Source: Lachnospiraceae bacterium
Lineage (GTDB): Bacteria; Bacillota; Clostridia; Lachnospirales; Lachnospiraceae
Direction: 5' to 3'
NCBI GenBank assembly: GCA_029008035.1
Contig: JAQXIY010000102.1
Coordinates: 30,158-94,157, forward strand
Length of the DNA: 64,000 bases
A program made the translations under genes and the position numbers. This document shows positions 48,534-56,690 of the stretch, piece after piece. The stretch's first letter is position 1. Each line of letters starts with the position of its first letter. The notes under the pieces were generated by a model. It did no database searches. It was given only the letters and a program-made list of their open reading frames with translations, and was not told where the DNA came from.

Positions 48534-51500
48534 ATGAAGAAAAGATTATTCAGCGGATTTCTGGCAGTTGTTCTGAGTTTGTCTATGCTGTGTGCAGATA
48601 TATCTACGGTTTATGCCGAAGAGAATCCCACAGCCGATGCGGAGGAAGTTACATCAAATCTTGAGATTCCGGAAGCCACAGAGGAAACAGAACTTGCTGA
48701 TGCAACAATGGGTGGCAACAGAGATATTCCTTCCGATTTTGATGTGCCGGTCACAGACAAAACAACAACCCAATATGCCTTGGATAAGGCGATACCTTCT
48801 AAGTATCATGCTACTCTGGCAGAGGTGCAAAATGTGTTGCCGGATACACGTAATCAAAATCCGTATGGAACCTGTTGGTCTTTTGCTACCACAGTGGCAA
48901 TGGAGTCAGATATGATTTCTCAAGGGCTTGTAGGTACATCTGTTGATTATAGTGAATTACAGCTGATTTGGTTCTGCAACAATTCTGTGGTTGATCCTTT
49001 GGGTGGACTGGAGGGGGACGATGTCACTTTCACAAGTTCGGATACCATTCTTGATCATGGTGGAAATGCCAGTCTGGCTATGCGCTCTTTGATGCGATGG
49101 TCAGGAGCTACAGATGAAACAAACATTCCATATTCCAATGCCACCACAGTGTCAGCTAATGGATTAACTGCGGATAAGGCATACGAAAATAATCTTGTAA
49201 ACTTGGTGGGATACCAACGAATCAATATTAGGGAAGACCGCGAAGCTGCCAAGCAGGCAATCATGGATCACGGTGCTATTACCGTATCCTACTTACATAG
49301 CAGCAGCTTTTACAATTCCACAAATAATGCATATTACAATTCCGACGGTTCTACCGGTGGGGGACACGCGGTTGCTGCGGTTGGATGGGATGACAGCTTT
49401 TCAGCCTCCAACTTTAGCACCACACCGGAAGGTGACGGTGCATGGCTGATTCGAAACAGTTGGACTACCACATCAGGAATGAATTTATATTCTTATTTCT
49501 GGATGTCTTATTATGACAAGTCATTGCGACCGGCTGCTTACGCAGCTTATACCGTTCCGGCAGGAACATATGATAACAATTACCAATATGACGGTGGATT
49601 GAATACGGGCTCTACGCCATACAACAAAGTGGCGAATATTTTTACGGCAGGTGGTATTGATAGTACAGGGACTGAGGAGTTGGAGTCTGTCACCATTGGC
49701 TTAGAGTATAACACAAACGTTACTTACACGATTTCCGTATACACGAATTTATCAGATCCCAATAACCCAACCAGTGGAACCTTGCAGTCCTCGGCAACAA
49801 CCACAGGGACTACCACATATGCAGGTGAACATCATGTTCAATTAAAGAATCCGGTGAAATTGGAGTCAGGTGAACAGTTTTCGGTCGTAGTAGAGGTGAG
49901 TTCTGCCACAGACTATTATGTTGGTGTGGATGCTGAATATGGTATGAGTTTAGAGGACTGGCTTGACTCGGCAGTTCGCGCAGATGCAGGGCAGAGTTAC
50001 TATTACACCAATTCCCAGTGGATAAACTATCAAACGGAAGGAAGAACATTATCCGGAATGGGTAATTTCTGTATTAAGGCATATACGAAGAATGTTTCCG
50101 GGGCTGATGATGGTACATACAAGATTCGCTTCAATGCTAATGGCGGAACAGGGAGTATGAGCGATATGACATCCCTAGACCCGGCACAGTCATATACATT
50201 ATCAGCCAATACATTCAAGAGAACCGGATATAGTTTTGCCGGTTGGAATACACGGGCAAATGGTACCGGTGCATCATACGCAAATCAGGCAACCGTGAGC
50301 AATTTGGCAACTGGTGGAGTTGTGCTATTATATGCCCAATGGAAACCAAATACTTACACCATAAAGTTTAATGCGAATGGAGGTTCGGGAACCACACCGG
50401 CTGATATGAATTGTAATTATGGTGAGTATTATTCGCTTCCGGTACCTTCTCTTTCAATGTCCGGCGCAGACTTTGCCGGATGGAATACCAAGGCAGACGG
50501 TTCGGGAACCACATACAGCACCGGCAGTACAGTGTCTAATCTGTCGGCTACCAATGGAGCTGCCATCACACTGTATGCTATGTGGAAGTATAACTTCCAA
50601 AATGTAGACAACGTAAATGCTTTTTCTGATCCTGATGAAGAAACCATTACCCTTCGGTGGGATTATGATAACATCGGGGCCAATCCAACCGGTTGTGAAA
50701 TCTCTTTATGGGATGGTTCCGATTGGAAAGTACTAAAAAATGTTCCATATTCCACCGCCAGTTATAAGCATACAGGTGTGAGTCGCGGAATTGTTTACAA
50801 ATACAGATTGAGGACCTACAAGATGATTTCCGGCAAGAAAGTCATGGGAGAGTCCGCTTATTACAGAACAGCTACTGAATTTTATGCGGTACAGAATCTT
50901 AAGGCTGCAGGAGCATCCACCTCGTCTATCAAACTTACCTGGACAGATACCAAGAACAAAAGTGTGGATTATTATAGAATTTATCGAAGCACAAGTCCGA
51001 ATGAATATGGTACTGCGGTAGGCCAGGTGAGCGGCTCATCCCGCAGTTTTACAGATACGGGACTGACAACCGGCAAAGTATATTATTACAATATCAGCTT
51101 TTATGTAGAGATGTCGGAATATCAATCGTGCGTATACACCATATATGATTCGAAGGTTCCGGGGATGACAACTTTGGCGAAAACAACAGGGATGGAGCAG
51201 ACAAAGGCATCCACTGTCGGACCTACATTCCAGTGGGGCAAAGTTGCCACTGCGACAGGTTACCAGGTATATCGCTCCACATCATCCGGCGGAACATATT
51301 CTTTGGCGGGAACCATTACCAGTGGAAGTACTGTCACATTTACAGACAAGAATTTGACAGCAGGCAAATCATACTATTACAAAGTGCGAGCATTCAGAAA
51401 GAGTGCCGGAATCACCACATATGGTTCGTGGAGTGATGTGCTAACTGCGGTCACAGCACCTATTGTGCCAACAGGCCTCAGTGCGTCAACCACCAGCAAC

Positions 51501-52310
51501 GCTGTCACGGTTAAGTGGAAACAGGTTGCAGGAGCCAGTGGATATCGCGTGTACTACAAGACGTCATCAGGTGCCGAGTGGACTTCGCTGGCTGCTATAT
51601 CGGGAGGAAATACTGTAAGTTACAAACACACCGGACTGAGTGCAGGAAGAACGTATTACTATATGGTAAGAGCGTATCGAAAGGGTGCCGGATGCTTGGC
51701 ATATGGCGCTGGCTCGTCTACGCTTACCACATCCACCCGACCGGCGCAGGTTGTAGGGCTGAAGCAAACGAAGGCATCTACCGGCAGTGCCACAATACAG
51801 TGGAGTAAAGTAAGTGGGGCAACAGGCTATCAGATATATAGAGCCACTTCTTCGAAGGGAACCTACTCCCTTCTCAATACTGTTACAAGTGGAAGTACGG
51901 TATCTTACACAAATAGCAAACTCAGTGCGGGCAGGACATATTATTACAAAGTGCGTGCATTGAGAAAAGTGGGATCCACCAATTATATGGGTTCCTTTAG
52001 CGCCGTGGCCAACGGAGCAACAGCACCGAGTGCACCAACAGGACTTAGTGCGTCAACCACCAGCAACGCTGTCACGGTTAAGTGGAAACAGGTTGCGGGA
52101 GCCGGCGGATATCGCGTGTACTACAAAACCTCTGCCAATGGGGCATGGACTTCACTGGCCACTGTATCTGGAGGAAGTACTGTAAGTTACAAACACACGG
52201 GTCTGAAATCAGGTAAGACGTATTATTATATGGTGAGAGCATACCGAAAAGGTACCGGATATACTGCCTACGGGGCGAATTCCGCCACCATCAAAGCCAA
52301 GACACGATGA
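48534..52310 (+). CDS. Secreted papain-like (C1A) cysteine protease with lectin-like, InlB-B-like repeats and Fn3 domains
   Basis: Signal peptide; QNPYGTCWSF, GGHAV..VGWDD, IRNSW; FNANGG..W.T.A.G.G repeats; several Fn3 (W..V..A.GY.YR..Y.Y.VRA). Confidence 0.9.
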   Translation: MKKRLFSGFLAVVLSLSMLCADISTVYAEENPTADAEEVTSNLEIPEATEETELADATMGGNRDIPSDFDVPVTDKTTTQYALDKAIPSKYHATLAEVQNVLPDTRNQNPYGTCWSFATTVAMESDMISQGLVGTSVDYSELQLIWFCNNSVVDPLGGLEGDDVTFTSSDTILDHGGNASLAMRSLMRWSGATDETNIPYSNATTVSANGLTADKAYENNLVNLVGYQRINIREDREAAKQAIMDHGAITVSYLHSSSFYNSTNNAYYNSDGSTGGGHAVAAVGWDDSFSASNFSTTPEGDGAWLIRNSWTTTSGMNLYSYFWMSYYDKSLRPAAYAAYTVPAGTYDNNYQYDGGLNTGSTPYNKVANIFTAGGIDSTGTEELESVTIGLEYNTNVTYTISVYTNLSDPNNPTSGTLQSSATTTGTTTYAGEHHVQLKNPVKLESGEQFSVVVEVSSATDYYVGVDAEYGMSLEDWLDSAVRADAGQSYYYTNSQWINYQTEGRTLSGMGNFCIKAYTKNVSGADDGTYKIRFNANGGTGSMSDMTSLDPAQSYTLSANTFKRTGYSFAGWNTRANGTGASYANQATVSNLATGGVVLLYAQWKPNTYTIKFNANGGSGTTPADMNCNYGEYYSLPVPSLSMSGADFAGWNTKADGSGTTYSTGSTVSNLSATNGAAITLYAMWKYNFQNVDNVNAFSDPDEETITLRWDYDNIGANPTGCEISLWDGSDWKVLKNVPYSTASYKHTGVSRGIVYKYRLRTYKMISGKKVMGESAYYRTATEFYAVQNLKAAGASTSSIKLTWTDTKNKSVDYYRIYRSTSPNEYGTAVGQVSGSSRSFTDTGLTTGKVYYYNISFYVEMSEYQSCVYTIYDSKVPGMTTLAKTTGMEQTKASTVGPTFQWGKVATATGYQVYRSTSSGGTYSLAGTITSGSTVTFTDKNLTAGKSYYYKVRAFRKSAGITTYGSWSDVLTAVTAPIVPTGLSASTTSNAVTVKWKQVAGASGYRVYYKTSSGAEWTSLAAISGGNTVSYKHTGLSAGRTYYYMVRAYRKGAGCLAYGAGSSTLTTSTRPAQVVGLKQTKASTGSATIQWSKVSGATGYQIYRATSSKGTYSLLNTVTSGSTVSYTNSKLSAGRTYYYKVRALRKVGSTNYMGSFSAVANGATAPSAPTGLSASTTSNAVTVKWKQVAGAGGYRVYYKTSANGAWTSLATVSGGSTVSYKHTGLKSGKTYYYMVRAYRKGTGYTAYGANSATIKAKTR

Positions 52311-52338
52311 GCCATTAGGGACGGGTACTAATGGCACC
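52309..52338 (+). repeat. REP-like palindromic repeat
   Basis: GAGCCATTAGGGACGGGTACTAATGGCACC; differs from copy 1 only in the central loop; overlaps TGA stop. Confidence 0.9.
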
Positions 52339-52340
52339 CT

Positions 52341-52369
52341 GCATATTACCTGCACTCCTCGCATACACT
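52341..52369 (+). promoter_or_regulatory. SigE-type (mother cell) promoter
   Basis: GCATATT-14bp-CATACACT matches the B. subtilis SigE consensus; upstream of pdaB-like gene. Confidence 0.7.
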
Positions 52370-52392
52370 GATAATAATCAGTACCGGGAGAG

Positions 52393-53175
52393 TTGCAGGT
52401 GGCAAATCAATCAAATAAACAGAGAAACTGGATAAAAGCAGGCTTACTGGCGGTAGGTCTGCTTTGTTTTAGTGTGGGGATGGTGGGGTATTTTAATCAG
52501 GGTCTTTTTACCGGTAGCAGCGTGGGAGGCAAAGAACTCCCGATTTACTGTGTACAGACGGATAAGAAACAGGTAGCTTTGTCTTTTGATGCTGCATGGG
52601 GGAATGAGGATACGAAGAAGATTTTGGAGATTTTAAAAAAGCATGACGTCCACGTGACATTCTTTATGACCGGGGGGTGGGTAGACGCCTACCCTGATGA
52701 TGTGAAGGCTTTATATGAGGCGGGGCACGACTTGGGCAATCACAGTCAGAATCATAAGAATATGTCACAACTTTCTGAGGCGGAGTGCAAGGAGGAACTG
52801 CAACTGGTTCATGATAAGGTTAAGAAACTGACGGGTTATGATATGTTTTTGTTCCGACCGCCTTATGGAGACTACGACAACGATGTGGTGCTCATTTCCC
52901 GACAGATGGGATATTACCCCATTCAGTGGGATGTGGATTCTCTTGACTGGAAAAATTATGGGGTATCCTCCATCATCAGTACGGTGTGTCAGCACAAGCA
53001 TCTGGGAAATGGTTCCATTATCCTCTGCCACAACGGGGCAAAATATACAGCGGATGCGCTGGATGAGCTAATTACTAATCTCAAAAAGCAGGGATATGAG
53101 ATTGTGCCTATCTCGAAACTCATTATTCGGGAGGACTATCATATGGATCACGAGGGAAGACAAATCAAAAATTAG
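52393..53175 (+). CDS. pdaB: Polysaccharide deacetylase, PdaB-like sporulation protein
   Basis: LPIYCV, ALSFDAAW, GNHS..H, FRPPYG, WDVDSLDW, ILCHN; SigE promoter. Confidence 0.75.
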   Translation: MQVANQSNKQRNWIKAGLLAVGLLCFSVGMVGYFNQGLFTGSSVGGKELPIYCVQTDKKQVALSFDAAWGNEDTKKILEILKKHDVHVTFFMTGGWVDAYPDDVKALYEAGHDLGNHSQNHKNMSQLSEAECKEELQLVHDKVKKLTGYDMFLFRPPYGDYDNDVVLISRQMGYYPIQWDVDSLDWKNYGVSSIISTVCQHKHLGNGSIILCHNGAKYTADALDELITNLKKQGYEIVPISKLIIREDYHMDHEGRQIKN

Positions 53176-53178
53176 AAT

Positions 53179-53208
53179 GGTGCCATTAGTGACTGTCCCT
53201 AATGGCTC
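53179..53208 (-). repeat. REP-like palindromic repeat (inverted)
   Basis: GGTGCCATTAGTGACTGTCCCTAATGGCTC = exact 30/30 reverse complement of 19343-19372. Confidence 0.9.
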
Positions 53209-53262
53209 CTTGCCAGTGCCATAGATATTGTGTATGATGGGAATAACGGAGGAAAGTTTTGT

Positions 53263-54372
53263 ATGAAATTTTCGGTGGTTATTGCAGCATATAATGTGGA
53301 AAACTATATTGGAAGTTTACTGCAGTGTTTATTGGGGCAGACTTATTCTGATTTTGAAGTGATTGTGGTGGATGACTGTGCCACAGATGGAACCGCAAAA
53401 CTGGTGGATGAATTTGCAGATGAATTTGCATCAAAGAGCATCCCGTATCAGGTGATTCATAAGCCGGTAAATGAAGGTCTTAGTATGGCGCGGAATACTG
53501 GCTTGGAATCTGCCAAGGGTGAGTATGTTCTCTTCTGGGATGGGGATGATCTGGTGGAGGATAATGCGTTAGAGGTTATTGCTGGAGCGTTGGATGGGAG
53601 AACTGTTGATTTCATAGTATACGGATACACAGAGGATTACTACAAAGGTGATGAAGTGTCCTACCGAGTGGAAAAGTCTCCGGGAAATTATTTTGCCAAA
53701 CCATTGGTACATGCATTTCCCTACATCACCAAACTGGAACAGCAAACTATGTTCGGCTATGCCTGGAACAAGGTTTTTCGCAGAGAATTCTTAGTAGAAC
53801 ACAATCTGCGTTATGAAACCATCACCCACGTGGAAGACATTTTGTTTAATTTACAGGTGGCAGAGCGTATGGAGAGCATGCTTTGCATAGAGGATAACCT
53901 GTATCATTATATCAACAGAGGACAAGAAAGACTCACTTCCAAGTATTTACCGGAGTACTTTGATTTGCAGAAGAAGCGCTTTCGAGCATTTCTTGCTCTG
54001 CAAAATCAGAAAATACAATGGGCAAAGGAAACCAATCAGCCAATTTCCCAAGAAGAAATTGCTACTTGGCAACAGCAGGTGATGGAGACAATGGCGGCGG
54101 CATATTTCAGAACCTTCCAATCTGCAATCACAAGAGAAATCAATCATGGGACAAGCAAGAAAGATATTCTTGCCATGGCTGAGCGGGAGCAAAATGAGCC
54201 GCTGTACCAGCAACTCCGGGACCATCTCAACACTGAGAGTAAGATGGCAAAAACTCTTTATGCGCCACTGGCAAATGGAGATTTTGCCAAGGCCTATTCC
54301 AGAGGCAAGTTGATTTGCTTTGTGCAGAAGCATTTCGCAGGATTATTTGCCAAGTTAAAACAACATCGATAA
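53263..54372 (+). CDS. Glycosyltransferase family 2
   Basis: AYNVENY, VDDCATD, NEGLSMARN, FWDGDD, AWNK, ED motifs. Confidence 0.88.
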   Translation: MKFSVVIAAYNVENYIGSLLQCLLGQTYSDFEVIVVDDCATDGTAKLVDEFADEFASKSIPYQVIHKPVNEGLSMARNTGLESAKGEYVLFWDGDDLVEDNALEVIAGALDGRTVDFIVYGYTEDYYKGDEVSYRVEKSPGNYFAKPLVHAFPYITKLEQQTMFGYAWNKVFRREFLVEHNLRYETITHVEDILFNLQVAERMESMLCIEDNLYHYINRGQERLTSKYLPEYFDLQKKRFRAFLALQNQKIQWAKETNQPISQEEIATWQQQVMETMAAAYFRTFQSAITREINHGTSKKDILAMAEREQNEPLYQQLRDHLNTESKMAKTLYAPLANGDFAKAYSRGKLICFVQKHFAGLFAKLKQHR

Positions 54373-54384
54373 CGAGGAAAGAAT

Positions 54385-55341
54385 ATGAAAGTAAGTATTA
54401 TCACTGCCTTTTATCACGGCAATGATTACATGAAACAATATACAGATTGTATTCTGGCAAATCAGAAGCATATGTCAAAAGAGGATGAATTGGAAGTGAT
54501 TCTGGTAAATGACAGTCCAGATCAGGAAATTAGCCTTCCCATAGATGGAACGGATTACAACATAACCATTGTGGACCAGAAGGAGAACGGGGGGATTCAT
54601 AGCGCCAGAGTCCGAGGCTTGAAAGAAGCCAAGGGCGAGTATGTAATGTTTCTGGATCAGGATGATGTGCTGACAGAGAATGCCGTGGCCAAACATGTGG
54701 ACAAAATCAAACAATGGCAGCAGCAGATTTCCCGGATGAATGAGGGGAATGCCGTGATTCAGGGGACAGGCTTGGAGCAGTTGATGCTTCATCCGGTGAG
54801 TGTGTCAAATGCTCTCTTGGAACAGGCGGACGGAGAACAACTTCTCTGGTATCGGACCCATTACCAAAAAGATAAGATCGGAGATTATAAGACCTACCTT
54901 AAGGTTGGTATTCAGATTATTTCTCCGGGACAATGCCTTGTTCCAAAGAAGATGATTCCGGTTATCTGGACCACAGAGATATGTAAAGTGAACGGCTCGG
55001 ATGACTATTATCTGTGGCTTTTGCTTTTGTCTCGGCGCATCCCTTTCCTGCTGTTGGATGAACCATTATACATTCATAAGCATACCGGAAATAACCTTTC
55101 CGCCAACACCGATAATACCGATGCTTCTATTTATGAGTTTATAGAGATGCTGAAGCAGGATACCATTATTAGTGAAAAAGAGCTGAAACTGTTGAGAAGA
55201 CAAATTAGTTATAAGAGTGAATTTCGGAAGGGTGGTATAGGGACGAAGTTGGTGAGTACGTTGAAAAATTTGGATATTTTTGCGGCCAATGTGATTTTCA
55301 AGTTGAGAAGTAAAACACCATATGGGTTTAACCGGAGCTAG
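54385..55341 (+). CDS. Glycosyltransferase family 2
   Basis: VNDSP, NGGIHSAR, FLDQDD, SDDY motifs. Confidence 0.85.
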   Translation: MKVSIITAFYHGNDYMKQYTDCILANQKHMSKEDELEVILVNDSPDQEISLPIDGTDYNITIVDQKENGGIHSARVRGLKEAKGEYVMFLDQDDVLTENAVAKHVDKIKQWQQQISRMNEGNAVIQGTGLEQLMLHPVSVSNALLEQADGEQLLWYRTHYQKDKIGDYKTYLKVGIQIISPGQCLVPKKMIPVIWTTEICKVNGSDDYYLWLLLLSRRIPFLLLDEPLYIHKHTGNNLSANTDNTDASIYEFIEMLKQDTIISEKELKLLRRQISYKSEFRKGGIGTKLVSTLKNLDIFAANVIFKLRSKTPYGFNRS

Positions 55342-55345
55342 GGTC

Positions 55346-55377
55346 AGCCATTGAAGGGAGGGACGTCCCCAATGGCT
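55346..55377. repeat. REP-like palindromic repeat, degenerate
   Basis: AGCCATTG...GGGACGTCCC...CAATGGCT just after stop codon at 55341. Confidence 0.6.
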
Positions 55378-55452
55378 CGCTCAATGGGTTGAAAGTGAGA
55401 CGGGAGTTGTGCTACAATTCCCATAGATTTGTAAAGAAAAGAGGCGGTCAAA

Positions 55453-55593
55453 ATGACAGAAACAGGTTTTTGGATTTTCTTTGTGTTGATTATTTTATTG
55501 GTGGTTATTGTGGCTGTGGTTGCTGTGGTGGCTTCCGTGGCAGGTGCAACGGCTGCAATTGTGGAAGAAGAGGATAGCGAAGAAGAATCATGA
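55453..55593 (+). CDS. Small single-pass membrane protein with acidic tail (46 aa)
   Basis: MTETGFWIFFVLIILLVVIVAVVAVVASVAGATAAIVEEEDSEEES; GAGG RBS; ATGA overlap with next gene. Confidence 0.7.
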   Translation: MTETGFWIFFVLIILLVVIVAVVAVVASVAGATAAIVEEEDSEEES

Positions 55594-56408
55594 AGATAAA
55601 TGTGATTATCGCGATGCATAAGCCCTATGAGATTCCTGCTGATCCATTGTACGTTCCTGTGCATGTGGGAGCCAAAGGCAAGGAACCTATATTCACTGCA
55701 TCCGGGACGCCCATAGCAGGTGACGATTCCGGCGAGGAGATTTCTGAGAAGAATCCCCAGTATTGCGAGTTGACAGGCTTGTATTGGGCTTGGAAAAACT
55801 TACAGGCTGACGCCGTCGGTTTGGTGCATTATCGCAGATATTTTAAGGGCAAGACAAAAGCTTCAAGCAAAATGCAGCAGGTGCTTACCATGGATGAGGC
55901 ACAGCAACTGCTGGCAGAGCATGATATCATTGTCCCAAGCAAGCGCAAGTATTATATCGAGACGTTGTATTCCCATTACGGACACACCCATGATGCCAAG
56001 CACTTAGATATCACTCGAGAGATTATTGCGGAGAAGTATCCTGATTATCTGCCGGCCTGTGTGGCGGCATACACCTGTACCTGGGGCTATATGTTTAATA
56101 TGTGCATTATTAAGAAGGAATACCTGGACAAGTATTGTCAGTGGCTTTTTGATATTCTGGGAGAACTGGAGTCGCGATTGCAGACCACCGGTGGGACGGA
56201 GAACTTGTCCGCCTATGACGCAAGACTTTATGGCCGGGTCAGTGAAATCCTCTTTAATGTGTGGATTCGCCATGAGCAGGAGCAGGCGGATGCCCCTGAG
56301 ATTGCGGAGGTTCCCACCATGCATATGGAATCTATCAATTGGTGGAAAAAGGGTACCTCTTTCCTGAAAGCGAAGTTTTCCGGGAAAAAGTACAGCAAGA
56401 GCTTTTGA
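55590..56408 (+). CDS. DUF4422-family polysaccharide biosynthesis protein
   Basis: HKPY, VHVG, DDSG..IS.KNP.YCELT..YWAWKN, GLVHYRRYF, FNM, SE.LFNVW. Confidence 0.85.
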   Translation: MKINVIIAMHKPYEIPADPLYVPVHVGAKGKEPIFTASGTPIAGDDSGEEISEKNPQYCELTGLYWAWKNLQADAVGLVHYRRYFKGKTKASSKMQQVLTMDEAQQLLAEHDIIVPSKRKYYIETLYSHYGHTHDAKHLDITREIIAEKYPDYLPACVAAYTCTWGYMFNMCIIKKEYLDKYCQWLFDILGELESRLQTTGGTENLSAYDARLYGRVSEILFNVWIRHEQEQADAPEIAEVPTMHMESINWWKKGTSFLKAKFSGKKYSKSF

Positions 56409-56427
56409 CGGAATTCTGGTGGGACGG

Positions 56428-56456
56428 TTGACAATTTCTTCGTTTCCCGATAAGAT
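56428..56456 (+). promoter_or_regulatory. SigA promoter of valS leader
   Basis: TTGACA-17bp-TAAGAT. Confidence 0.75.
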
Positions 56457-56464
56457 AAGACAAT

Positions 56465-56673
56465 AGAAAAAGGCTATGAAGAAGAGGAGTACACATATAC
56501 GAGTCTCAGAGAGAATGGTTCGTAGGCTGCAAGACCATTTGACATACGATATGTGGAAGGTTGCTTTGGAGCCGGCGAAAGCCCGCCTCGTCCCCGTTAA
56601 GGATAAGATGAGTAAACCGCAAGGTGGTACCGCGTATTACGCCCTATGCATGTATGTGCACGGGGCGTTTTTT
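56465..56673 (+). ncRNA. T-box riboswitch (valS leader)
   Basis: AGAGA and GCTG stem I motifs, candidate Val specifier GTT in GAAGGTTG, T-box AAGGTGGTACCGCG (56621-56634), terminator ACGCCC...GGGCGTTTTTT. Confidence 0.9.
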
Positions 56674-56690
56674 ATGAAAGGAAGAACAAG

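Noticed and set aside
19343-55377. CRISPR array interpretation of the 30-bp palindromic repeats
   Set aside because: Copies are kilobases apart, in both orientations, with no regular spacers and no cas genes
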